Source: Vitrella brassicaformis CCMP3155
Taxonomy: Eukaryota; Protista; Chromerida
DNA length: 64,000 bases
Assembly (NCBI GenBank): GCA_001179505.1
Contig: CDMY01000354.1
Coordinates: 40,651 to 104,650, forward strand
Direction of reading: 5' to 3'
Positions 13,352 through 24,001 of this stretch are shown here, one piece after another. The notes under the pieces are model-generated. The model made no database searches. It was not told where the DNA came from and saw nothing but the letters and a program-made list of their open reading frames with translations. The stretch's first letter is position 1. Every line of letters begins with the position of its first letter. A program made the translations under genes and the position numbers.

Positions 13352-16300
13352 ATGGCGTCCGCCGCCAGGAGAGCAGGCGCTCTTCTGTTGACGCCCGCTC
13401 TGCTGACGCTATGCTGGGCCCTCCCGCGGCCCCTCGTCACCACCGACACCATGCTCAGCGACGAACCCCGCCCTACTGTGCGCGGCCTCCAGAGCAACTC
13501 AAGCAGCAACTCAAGCAGCAACTCAAGCATCTCTACGTGCACCGGCAACTGCACCACAAAGGGGCCCGTCGCCGCTGCTGCTGATGCTGGCAGCACCGAA
13601 GACACGATCATCGTCCCAACAGCACCGCCACCGGATGGTGTTGAGGCCGCCGATGCTATTGACGCTGTTGCTGTTGATGCTGGTCGTTTTGGTGTACGTG
13701 GTGATGCCGCCGCCGCCGCCGCCGCCGCTGCCGCTGCTGCTGGTGATGGTGCTGTGGACGATAGGTACAGGGGATGGGGAAAGAAGATGCGCGCCCACCG
13801 TCCCGTCCCGGGCCCAGGGGTTTACCTAGGAGCCACCTTAGCGGTCAGACAGAGAGGGAGGGGGCGCACAGACAGACAGACAGGCAGAGAGAGCGGATGG
13901 TGGTGCGCTGTGTGTCGTGTATGGTGTGTGTCAGGGTGCCCAGCCGATGTTGGCCTTCAACCAGCGCACGGGTATCCACCATGCGGCCTTCATGCAGTTC
14001 ATCAGCTTCCCAAATGTCACGACCGACGAGAATAAACTCAGAGAGGTAATCCACCGACCACACGCAAAGCAGCTCTTCCCTCCCCCGAACACACCAATGC
14101 CCATCTGTCTGCAGCTGGTGAAGTTCATGCGCGAGTGTCGCGAGAACAAGGCCATGGCAATGTTGACCCTCCAGACGCCCAAGGGTCTCGATTCGTACAC
14201 GCGCAAGCACGTGAACGACTTTGCTCTCATCCTCAACACCTGGAAAGACGTGCCGGTCTTCCTCCGATGGAACCATGAGATGAACGGCAGGTGATCAACG
14301 GTTCCATCGGAGGCAATTGATGTCTCTCTCTCTCTCTCTCTCTCTCCACTCATTCTCTGGGCGCGCGGATGTGTGTAGCTGGAATTCGTGGGGCCAGCAA
14401 CCTGAGCTGTACAAGACCAAATGGGAGGAATTTGCATCTGTCATGCGGGTAAGAAAGGGAGATAGATGGCATACGCGCTGGCTTCTGTTCGTTCATTCGC
14501 TGTGCTGTGCGTGTGTCCTTCCTTATGCGCTTAACAGAGGCTCGCCCAGCAAGTGGTAAACAAGGGATGGACACTTCTCACATACACTTGACTTACATGT
14601 GAATGTGAATGTCGTCTATGCGTGTGTCGATTACCAGGCGATGGTGTGGACGCCCAACCAGGAATGGGTAAGAAAGGGAGATGGACGGCACACGCGCTGG
14701 CTTCTGTTCGTTGCTGGCTTCTGTTCGTTCATATGCTGTGCTGTGCTGTGCTGTGCGTGTTCCCAGGGTTTCCCTTGGAAAGGCGGACCACACTACAATG
14801 CGTAACCACCCGCCCGCCCACCCACCCAGACACGCCATGCAACACGGTTGTCTTATGTCTCCTCTTGTGTCACTTAAAAACTGCTGTCAGTTCAATCGAC
14901 CACTACGATCCGTACATGCAGTTTCTGCCCAACCCAGCGCTGATCGACTGGATCGGCATCTCCTACTTTCACCTCGGCCACGAAGTCCGCGGCAGCCGAC
15001 TTATCCCAGGCAACAACATCGTCCCACTCCCGCACTCCTTCTTCCCGCCCATTGAGGAGTTCTACAGGTTCGCCGAGAAGCTCAACGAGCGCCTGGCCGA
15101 GGGCGAGGGACGGCCCCCGCGGCTGCCGGTGCTGATCGCCGAGACAGGCGCGATGTGGAACGTGGATGGCCCCGTGAACAAGATGTATGGGAAGAGTACC
15201 TCTGGGAGTGTGTCGACCAAGAAGCGGGCGTTGGTGGCGCGGGAGGATGAAGACTACAACTGCACAAATGAGGGTGTCACCGAGGTGAGTGCGAACACGC
15301 ACGGCCGCACTCGGGGTGTGTGTGTGTGTGTTTAGTACGAGGTGAAGCGTATGTGGATAGACGAGGTATACGATATCGACGACAAAGGCAAGAACCTCAA
15401 AAGGGACTTCCCGCTGATACGTGAGACGTACACGGACGTTTGCGCGAACAGTGAAATGCTCAACTCATGCATGTCTCGTTTCGTTATGCCGCTTACATTT
15501 TGTATGATAAACCTTAGGGGCGATCTTCTGGTTCAACGTCGCAAAACACGAACCTAGTCGGCGCCCACCCATTCACCCACCCACGTCTGTCTGTCTGTTT
15601 GTCTGTCTGTCTCCCTGTTCAGGTTTCGGTGGTATCTACGCCGATTGGCGTCTGGACGTGCAGCCGGCCGTCGCGATGTTCTATCGCAAACAGGTCAAGG
15701 ACGACTATTTCCTACAGTACGCCGTCATCCCCCCAAACGCCGACCCGCCGCCCCTCCCCGCCCCCAACCACACGTTACTCACCAAGGGCACAAGGGACAT
15801 CTCCTTCCTGGACCGGCTGCGTGTGTGCAACGCGCACCCACATGAGGGGAAAGGGTTCCATATCCGCCATCGGTCCACACGGCTGACCAGGAGTGGTGGC
15901 CCGTTGGGTTACAAGCGCTGCAGGGACTTCGAGACGAAACTTACAAGAGGAGACGGAATCGAATTCACCCTTGATGGTACGCCGACCAATAGACACCCAA
16001 GAGGGAGGAAAAACAAACACATTTGTGTGTGCGTAGATGGGGGGAGGGGGGCGTTCTATGTGTCCGAGCTGCCGCCTGCTGAGGGGCTGTTGCTGCTGGT
16101 CGTCTACGGGCGTGATAGCTTCTCCGCGGCAAACCTGCTTGGATCACAGATCGCCGTCATAGACGCTTACAAGGTCTCTCTCACACAACGCACACAGATG
16201 TGTGCAATGTGTTTCACTCACCGTATGTGCGTGCGTGTGTGTGCAGGGCGGCGCAGAAGCCCATTTGTCGATATTCGACGACTATCCTGATTCAACAAGG

Positions 16301-16812
16301 TCCCGGTCTGAGGAGCTGAGATTCGACACTGTCGTGGCCGTCAACGAGGGACCATACAGGCACGCACCACGGGGCACAAGGAAGAAGGACGTCAGGCGGG
16401 CACGGTACATGAATGGATGGATTCTGTGTGAGTGTGCAGGGCCGTGTTGAGCAGTGACGACGGCGAAGAGATCGACAGCGCCCCGATTGTGTGCCGGAAA
16501 GAGTAAGGGTGGATGGGAAGGAATGAAATGGCACGCCAATCCAACACATGCGCTGTGCACATGCAGTGATTCGTATGTGGTCATCCGAGTGGGAGCCGAG
16601 CCTTCGCAATCCGGCGGCAAAAGATACCCTCAGGTGTGTACAAGTGGTAGGGTGGATGCCTTGTGTCCACGTGTCGATCGTTCTTTCAGGAGCTGTTGGT
16701 CTATCCCCCGCCCCTCCCGCCTCCACGCACCGGAGCAGCCACCACCACGGCACCGCCGGCATTGGCCGTATCGTTGTCCCTGCTGCTGGCTGTGCTCGTC
16801 AGCGCTGATTGA
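13352..16812 (+). CDS. Glycoside hydrolase family 26 paralog B with C-terminal extension and predicted GPI-anchor signal, multi-exon
   Basis: Signal peptide MASAARRAGALLLTPALLTLCWA. GH26 motifs GVYLGATL, FLRWNHEMNGSWNSWGQQP, AMVWTPN, IDWIGISYFH, LPVLIAETGAMW. The last exon reads ELLVYPPPLPPPRTGAATTTAPPALAVSLSLLLAVLVSAD-stop. Confidence 0.83.
13493..13528 (+). repeat. 12-bp tandem repeat x3 (agcaactcaagc) encoding SNSS x3
   Basis: Directly visible. It creates three NSS sequons in the GH26-B N-terminal linker. Confidence 0.85.
13601..13701 (+). repeat. Right arm of the 101-bp inverted repeat, inside GH26-B exon 1
   Basis: Encodes DTIIVPTAPPPDGVEAADAIDAVAVDAGRFGVR, in the same reading frame as the left arm within its own gene. 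Confidence 0.93.
14449..14537 (+). repeat. GH26-B intron homologous to the intron at 14668-14766
   Basis: Begins gtaagaaagggagatagatggcatacgcgctggcttctgttcgttcattcgctgtgctgtgcgtg. Confidence 0.85.
14668..14766 (+). repeat. GH26-B intron homologous to the intron at 14449-14537
   Basis: Begins gtaagaaagggagatggacggcacacgcgctggcttctgttcgtt. It has an internal duplication of gctggcttctgttcgtt and extra gctgt units. Confidence 0.85.
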
Positions 16813-17040
16813 TTCCACTGCTCCTTTGCATACGGACCCCCCACTCCGCCCTCAGAGATGTAAATTAGCCATTGCGCATGCGCGGGGGTAGTTAGCAATG
16901 GGTAGTTAGGTCTTTGTCGTCAGGTATGGATGAGCTGATGGTAATTCAAGTGATAGGAAGTTTGGCGCTGGAGAATGAGCCTTTAATTAGTTGTACGCTG
17001 GTGTGCTGGTTGATGTGTCTGAGGGGGGGGGGGGGGGGGG

Positions 17041-17340
17041 NNNNNNNNNNNNNNNNNNNNNNNNNNNNNNNNNNNNNNNNNNNNNNNNNNNNNNNNNNNN
17101 NNNNNNNNNNNNNNNNNNNNNNNNNNNNNNNNNNNNNNNNNNNNNNNNNNNNNNNNNNNNNNNNNNNNNNNNNNNNNNNNNNNNNNNNNNNNNNNNNNNN
17201 NNNNNNNNNNNNNNNNNNNNNNNNNNNNNNNNNNNNNNNNNNNNNNNNNNNNNNNNNNNNNNNNNNNNNNNNNNNNNNNNNNNNNNNNNNNNNNNNNNNN
17301 NNNNNNNNNNNNNNNNNNNNNNNNNNNNNNNNNNNNNNNN
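17041..17340. other. Assembly gap (300 N) flanked by poly-G on both sides
   Basis: N run with about 18 G on each side. Confidence 0.99.
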
Positions 17341-17775
17341 GGGGGGGGGGGGGGGGGGTGATCGCATGCGAGAGTGAGTAGCATTTGGCAGCATTGCAAG
17401 CAAGGCCAACTCTTTTTCGACATGGCATAGTGTCATTGTTGCTATCATGCTACAGTCCAGTCCGCGTAAGTGGCTCACCGTATATATACATACGTAGCGT
17501 ACGTGGGTCAGCCTGACACAGTCTGATACATACTCTTTCTCCCGACTCTCTTTCCCTGCCTCCAAAGCACCCACCCTCTCACGATGAGAGCATCAATCAG
17601 CCACGGAAGAGGAATCACTTACGCGGTCTGGACTGTACATTCCTCTTCCGTGGACCTGCTGGGCGCTAGTGGCCGTCGACAAGTACAGGGGTAGAGATAG
17701 GGGACGATCTTAGCTTCCGGCCAGGAACGGTCGTTATTTGCACATTGTGCAATTCCATCATCGCACATACGCCGG

Positions 17776-20613
17776 ATGCGGCTGCGTAGTTTTGTAAGTG
17801 TAGCCGTGCCTGCCCACATGTTCCTGTGTATCTGCACGACCTTACTCTTTGCTCGTCTGTCCTCGGCCCTCACTGATTTTGAGATCGCCCAGCTCAACAC
17901 CGACGCGCTGCTGAGGCTGTCCCAGCGTGACGACGACACCAACAATGACGGTGGAGCTTTCCGCGGCAAGGACAGAAGGCGGCGGCTGGCCCCTCTCGAT
18001 GACCTCCAGCAGCAGACCCACCTGCTGTACTCCCACCCTCTGTAGGACGCACGACGTGGCATCGTCCGGTCAAGGAATTGCCTGTCTGTGTGTATGTTGG
18101 TCTCTCTGTCAGGCCCGGCGGCGAGTTCGTCTCGCCATACACCACGATTGGCTGGCGGGTGGGAGAAATTCGCTATATTGAGGAATGGGGTTTTATGCCG
18201 AAGTCAAAGGCGCTGCGGGAGGAGACCATCCACGGCAAGCTGACTCTGACCGGCGATGCGTCGGGCGACCACCGTGAAGGAGAGACTCACCTGCTGCGTG
18301 ACAATGCGACCTTTCTGTTTGTGCCGGCCGTGCCTTTCGACCCTGGGGAGAGGGTGACTGTTATCGTGGCGGCGGGTGTCGAGACCATCAGTGGGAGGGT
18401 GCTGCCCGAGGCAACATGGAGTTTTCAGGTCTCGCACAATGCTCGCGACATCTACTTCACCAAGGTCGTCAACCTCGGAGCACCCAATGGCATGTGGGAT
18501 GCTCCCACGCAGAGGAGTGGCAGCAGCAACAGCAGCGATGCTACCGCGGAAAAGACTCGACGGCCGCAGAAGGGGTCTGGCGCCTCCCGTCGAGAGCTCC
18601 AAGGCGTGAAAAAGCGCGAGTACACATTTCCCGACCACCGCTATCGCACACTACCGCAGAACTTCCCCCAAGGGACGGTGGTGGTTTACGGCAACACGTC
18701 GCAGCTGGACGAGGGGTACATCTGGACACATAAGATACTCAACGACCCGATCTCGCTCAATGGCAGCCTCATCATGCAATCCTGGGGGGATCCCGTATAC
18801 TTCCACGGTATGCAGATACAGAAGGGGTGTGGGTCAGTGATGGCACAAAGGTCTGAATGGCCGGCAGTGTGTCTTGGTGTGATATGCGATGTGTCAGAGG
18901 GCAACCCGACAGACTTTGCTCCGACGGGAGCAGGCGGAAGCAAGATGCTGGGCAGAAGCAGCCTCACGGGCATTGTGCTGTGGGGCCAAGATTACAAGCC
19001 TGCGGGAGAGATATTCGCGCAGCATGGCCACGGTGAGTGAGTGAATGAGATTGTCGACGCCAATACCTCTTCCACCCCTCCCCTCTCTGCATGGTGGTGC
19101 AGGAGTGAATTTGGTGGGCAGAGAGCAGGGAGGATGTTCAGTAATGGTCATGCAAAGATCTTTGTGTGGTCTTGCCATGAGTGCAGCACGATTACATGAT
19201 GCTGAAGAATGGCAACGGGCTTCTCTTGCTGTGAGTATTAGTAATACACGACCGTCCATCGATCAGCGCTCCTGTTTGTGTGTATGTGCCCTCTCTCAGT
19301 GATGACCTGCAAATCCTTGACTCGACGAGGATGCGTCCTGCGCCTGAAGGGGCGTCGACTAAGACGACGGTGGTGACTCATATTGTACAAGAAGTCACAC
19401 CAGAAGGTGAGCCGTGGAAGCAAGAGCAGACAGGGACAGGTCAACACATGAGACGCTTGACTGCCCTCCTCCCCTTCTGTGCATGGCTGCAGGTCACTGC
19501 ATCTTGGAGTGGCGTATGTGGGACCATCTGCCAGCTGCCTGGCAGGACACTGAGGAGGGAGTCCACGACGACAATGGGTGGGACATCGCACATGTCAACA
19601 GCGTCGGTGAAGCCCCAGACGGGAACATAGTCGTCTCTTTTCGAAATCTCAACCAAGTCATCAAAATCGACAGGTACTGTGCGCACCACACGTATACATC
19701 AACACACAGCCACACTGTTTTCGTCTGTCTGCTGCCATGCATGTAGGACGACTGGGAGGGTTTTGTGGCGACTGGGCGGCAAGCGCAGCTCCTTCAAGAT
19801 CGAGGGCGACCCCAACGGTCAGTTCGCCGCCCAGCATGACGCAAGAGAGATCGACGACAACGTCATCACCCTGTTTGACAACGCATACTGCACTGGAGAC
19901 GAACACGCACGGGCAATGGACTATGAGCTGAAGTTCGACAATGTTACTGGGGAGCCGACTGTGGCCAAGATGACGAGTATGTGGAAGAGCGGTGTGACGG
20001 CTCTCGCCAAGGGCAGCTACCGGCGGTTGAAGAACGGCAACAGGGCGGTGTCCCTCGGGTTCGATTTGCTGCCACATGCGTGCAAGGGAGACAGTAAAGG
20101 AGCACCGCCGACCAACATTGGAAACCACTTCTATGTGGAGGTGCGTTGTGCACATAGACCCTCGCATTACACTGCATGAATCGATCGACCTCCCTGCCGC
20201 ATGTCTGTGTCCGTTGTGTCCGTGCGCAGACTGACCCAGGTGGTGCACTGCTGATAAGCATGAGTTGGGACTGCGAGTGCCACAGCTACCGGAGCATCAA
20301 GGCCCCCTGGACGGGCCGGCCGACCTGGAAGCCCGTCGCTGTGATCGACTCCAACAACTCCGACAACGTGCTCCAGCTGCACTTCAGCTGGAATGGCGCG
20401 ACGGAAGTGGCCAGCTGGCGGGTCACACAGGGCGACGGACGCTTCATTTTCAAGCCCTTCGCGACTGTGGCCAAGACACAATTTGAACATTGGGTACAAA
20501 TAGAGGCTGGGCGTAGGCAGTGTCTGTACTATCGGGCCGAGGCACTGGACGAAAGCGACACAGTGCTGGGCTACACGGATGTCGTGGAGTCTCCAGGCTG
20601 TATGAGTGACTGA
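17776..20613 (+). CDS. Secreted arylsulfotransferase (PAPS-independent ASST family) with N-terminal Ig-like domain, multi-exon
   Basis: Hydrophobic N-terminus. Ig-like segment PGGEFVSPYTTIGWR...PFDPGERVTVIVAAGV..WSFQV. ASST motifs (L)HDYMMLKNG, IVQEVTPEG, WDIAHVNSV, VSFRNLNQVIKID, VLWRLGGK, FAAQHDAR, ITLFDN, SYR...WTGRP, FSWNGATEVASWRV. Confidence 0.85.
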
Positions 20614-21054
20614 CCGGAGTTTTCTTGTTTGGACGATGGAGGGTCATTTACATACGGACTGGATTTTTGTCGTGATTTGGAATGGTCATTGACGACTGGT
20701 TTTTGCACGTTTGAACGACGGCCATTGATGGGTGTTCGGCAAATTGGTCGAGTCCATTGACGAAAGTGACTCACACATCAACACAACCGTCTGCATCACA
20801 CATGACAACACAGGCACGAGGGGAAAGGGTCAATGTCACGTGTGTAGCTATCGCCGGGATGCTTCTCCAAGAGAGAAGAGAGAGAAAGTTATCCTATCAC
20901 TGCTCTGATGGACAGAAAAACGTGTCGCTCCCATACACATACAACACACAATACATGAAGCCGCCACTGTACAGTGAGTGACAATCGCCCTCGCCCAACA
21001 GCTGAATGTCCTGCCCTCCCCTCCCCTCCCTCCTCCCTTCCCATGCCCTCCCCC

Positions 21055-21632
21055 TCATGTAGACCCCCTCTTGCCCAGGTCCCCGTGTGTCTTGGAACGC
21101 GCTGTTTTCCCCTCGCGCATCGACGCCGCCAGCCCATTGCCATTCCCATGTTCCCCCTTGGGTGTCTTAGGCCGTGGGGCGCCCGAGTCCCGTCTCAGCG
21201 ACTCTCTGCGTGAGAAGGAGGTGGTGAGGCTCTTGCTTGGCTTGGCGGTGGGGAGGAGCAGGGATGAGGGGGGCGAGACGGAGAATGAGGGGCTGTAGCC
21301 GTAGCTGGTTGACCACTTGCCGTATCCCTTGGTGGCCGGTGCGTGGCTGGAGATGGCCGTGTTGTACTTTGGGTTGCAGTAGGACGATGTCGTCTGCGTG
21401 CGCGGGTCCGCATCGCCGCTGAAGCACTCGGGATGATAAAACAACCTGCACGAGCAGACAGACAGACGTCGGTGTCGGTGTCCCGTGCAATGTGTGTCTC
21501 TCATTACCTGATCTTCCTGCCGTCTCTGACAATCATGGTCTCCCCCTTCATAATGTAGCCGCGGCACTCCCGGCACATGTGTCCGTTGCGCACGGCCACA
21601 CCGGTGCTGACGGTCCAGTAGTCGCCCTCCAT
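21055..21632 (-). CDS. Small protein with a single PARP-type zinc-finger-like module and S/P/K-rich tail (2 exons: 21632-21508, 21445-21055)
   Basis: MEGDYWTVSTGVAVRNGHMCRECRGYIMKGETMIVRDGRKIR/LFYHPECFSGDADPR gives a CxxC...HxxC pattern across a GT-AG intron that preserves frame. Confidence 0.65.
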
Positions 21633-21873
21633 CGGCCAACCAACACCAAACAGAGCAAAAGAGCACCGCCGGAAGCCTCAAATGTGCCACTGGTGGGCTG
21701 TTGCTTCGCGTGAGGCAGAGAGAATTGGGGCCCGCTGTGGGACGGTCAGCCGTCAATTGTGTCACCTGTTTTCGCTACGAGACCGTTCACCGAGCTGATG
21801 TGAGTGTCCCAGAGCGAAAAGAGAGACCCCGGCATTGAGAATTTTTGGCTTTGTGTGATCAGGGTTCCGCCTA

Positions 21874-21901
21874 AGCTCGCATTTCAGAATTTCGAGCTCG
21901 C
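21874..21901 (+). promoter_or_regulatory. Tandem AGCTCGC motifs with intervening CAGAATTT upstream of RPL28
   Basis: AGCTCGC at 21874-21880 and 21895-21901. The same arrangement lies upstream of QCR8. Confidence 0.5.
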
Positions 21902-21924
21902 AGCCCGAAATCAGCTCGGACGAG

Positions 21925-22455
21925 ATGGCGAGTCCAGATCTGGTGTGGCTGTGCGTGCGGAACAGCAGTAGCTTCATCAAGAAGTCGAATGGGATCACGC
22001 TGACCAACGAGCCGGGCAACCTCACTGGGGAGAACAGCTTCAAGTACAGCGGACTGGCCAACAACAAGACAGTCGATGTGGTGCCCACGAAGGGCAAGAA
22101 GAACACACGACCCGTTCTCGTCAAGAAGGCCAAGAAACTCAGGTACGTCAGAGAGGCAGAACGGGGTGTGGAGGGATGGACGTGTGTCTGTCTGTGTGTC
22201 TGTCTGTGTGTCTGTCTGGTCATGTGTGTGCTGGTCAATCGGTGCAGATCTGTCGAGGGTCGCAAGTGCACGACGTACTTGAACATCGACTTGACTCAGT
22301 CGTCGAAGCGCATCAGCACCCAGCTGCAGAAGGGCAACTACCGCCCCGACCTCATTGCTGACGCCGAGAAGAAGTACCTCAAGGTGCGCGGCGATATCAG
22401 CAAGACGGCTGCAGGCGGCCGGCCCGTCAAGAAGGGACGCAAGCCGCGCACCTGA
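21925..22455 (+). CDS. RPL28: 60S ribosomal protein L28 (eL28), intron 22143-22247
   Basis: MASPDLVWLCVRNSSSFIKKSNGITLTNEPGNLTGENSFKYSGLAN...YRPDLIADAEKKY, the eL28 signature. Confidence 0.93.
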   Translation: MASPDLVWLCVRNSSSFIKKSNGITLTNEPGNLTGENSFKYSGLANNKTVDVVPTKGKKNTRPVLVKKAKKLRYVREAERGVEGWTCVCLCVCLCVCLVMCVLVNRCRSVEGRKCTTYLNIDLTQSSKRISTQLQKGNYRPDLIADAEKKYLKVRGDISKTAAGGRPVKKGRKPRT

Positions 22456-22866
22456 TGGGACTGACGGGGTTTGATGTGATGTGAATGGGTTTGGGTTGAG
22501 TGTGTTGGCATCTGGACGGCTTTCCGTCTGATGGATGGATGGATGATGTGGCAATGTGCGTGTTTCATGCGTTCGTTGCTTCGTGTGGCGTATGGGGACT
22601 CTGCGTGGATGGCTCTTTCCTTAACAGTCTTTAAGCCCAATCCACGCTTTTCCCATCACATGTGACTGAGCATCAACCACCTTCAGTCGCTGGCAGTGTG
22701 TTTATATGGCCGTGACGCACTTGCGACAGCTCCGGTGCGTGTGAGTTAGCGAGCTATGATACGAGTGCCTTCACTCAGTTGTGACAAATATCCACACACA
22801 TACACGACACGGCTGTCCTTATCTGGTCGTCATGTCAGCCACGTCCATCCATCGTCACATTATCCG

Positions 22867-23790
22867 TCACTTGACCTTATCTCTACATGGCAACAGGTCG
22901 GCCGTCTCGCCACTCGCCTGCTGCAGCTCGCCCGACAAGAAGCCAAACAAATCATTGCCTGAACACACACACAGCCACGCAAACGCACGCACATCCATCC
23001 GCTTCTCTGTCGGTCGGTCGGTCGGTTGGTCGGTGCATCCCATCCCATCCCATCCCTCCCGCACTCACCGTGCCTCGTGGATTTCCACCGCGGCTCTGAT
23101 GCAAACTCAAAGTAATGCGCCCCGCTGGATGTGGGACACAGACACACGAGTGCCGCCGTGTCTGTCTGTCTGTCTGCCTGCCTCTGTGCGTGTGCCATCC
23201 TTGCCACATACCTGATTGGCGAGGAGTACCAGATCTGCCTGGTGACGAAGTGCTTGTTGATGACGAAAGTGCCGTGCTCGCCAAGGTCGATGTTCAACAC
23301 GCCCTCCTACAGGCAACAGGCAACAGAGCGATGCACATGTGCGTGCGTATGGGTCCTCTGTGTGTCCATCTGCCTCTCTCCGCTGGCCGCCCCGGCCCAC
23401 CTGCAAGTCGAGCTCCTCCACTGAGTCGAGCTGGGCAGCCTCTATCTTGTCATGGATGCACTGAACAAATATCGCACACACACACACACACACACTCATG
23501 CATCATGCACATTTATGCACACGTGTATGGCAACAGTTGCGCCCCATGTGCACCACCTGCAGCGCTTTGTCAGCATATTTGTGGTAGAAAAACTCCTCAG
23601 ACCCGCCCTCCTCAGCCGCATCGTCAGCAGCACTGGCAAAAGCACGCGAGCCAAGCCTCTGCCGTGGGCGCCTTGAGTCCTCTGGGAGCCGCAGATGCTG
23701 CCGATGGGCCAAGCCGGTGATGCTGATGGATTCCTTGGCTGCCCCGAGAAAGGGAAGTTTCCTCATGCAGATCTCGCACCTTCGCAGCAT
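22867..23790 (-). CDS. FXN: Frataxin (CyaY family) with mitochondrial presequence-like N-terminus, multi-exon
   Basis: FYHKYADKALQ..., GVLNIDLGEHGTFVINKHFVTRQIWYSSPISGAHYF..., WKSTRHGNDLFGFLSGEL. The N-terminus is Arg-rich. Confidence 0.88.
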
Positions 23791-23852
23791 GGGATCTCAA
23801 GATCTTCACCGCTGTGTGCCGGAGGCGGAACGAGCAGATCCTTCGTCTCAGC

Positions 23853-23859
23853 GCGAGCT
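23853..23859 (-). promoter_or_regulatory. AGCTCGC motif about 63 nt upstream of the frataxin ATG
   Basis: GCGAGCT on the + strand in the frataxin/orphan divergent spacer. Confidence 0.35.
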
Positions 23860-24001
23860 TAGAGGCGACCCGGAAAACGGGACAGAATTCAAATGATGAG
23901 GAAGCGGGGTCTGCTTCGGTCTCACTGCAGATAGCGCTGCACTGATCGTGCTGTCAAACACATATATTTACGCCACGGCCGGCCCGCCGCTCACGGCGAA
24001 A

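Noticed and set aside
22143-22247. Stop-free in-frame intron in RPL28 (also dynein intron 1) as regulated intron retention
   Set aside because: One third of introns are multiples of 3, and TG/GC-rich introns rarely contain stops. The retained product would insert CVCLCV-type junk, so chance suffices.
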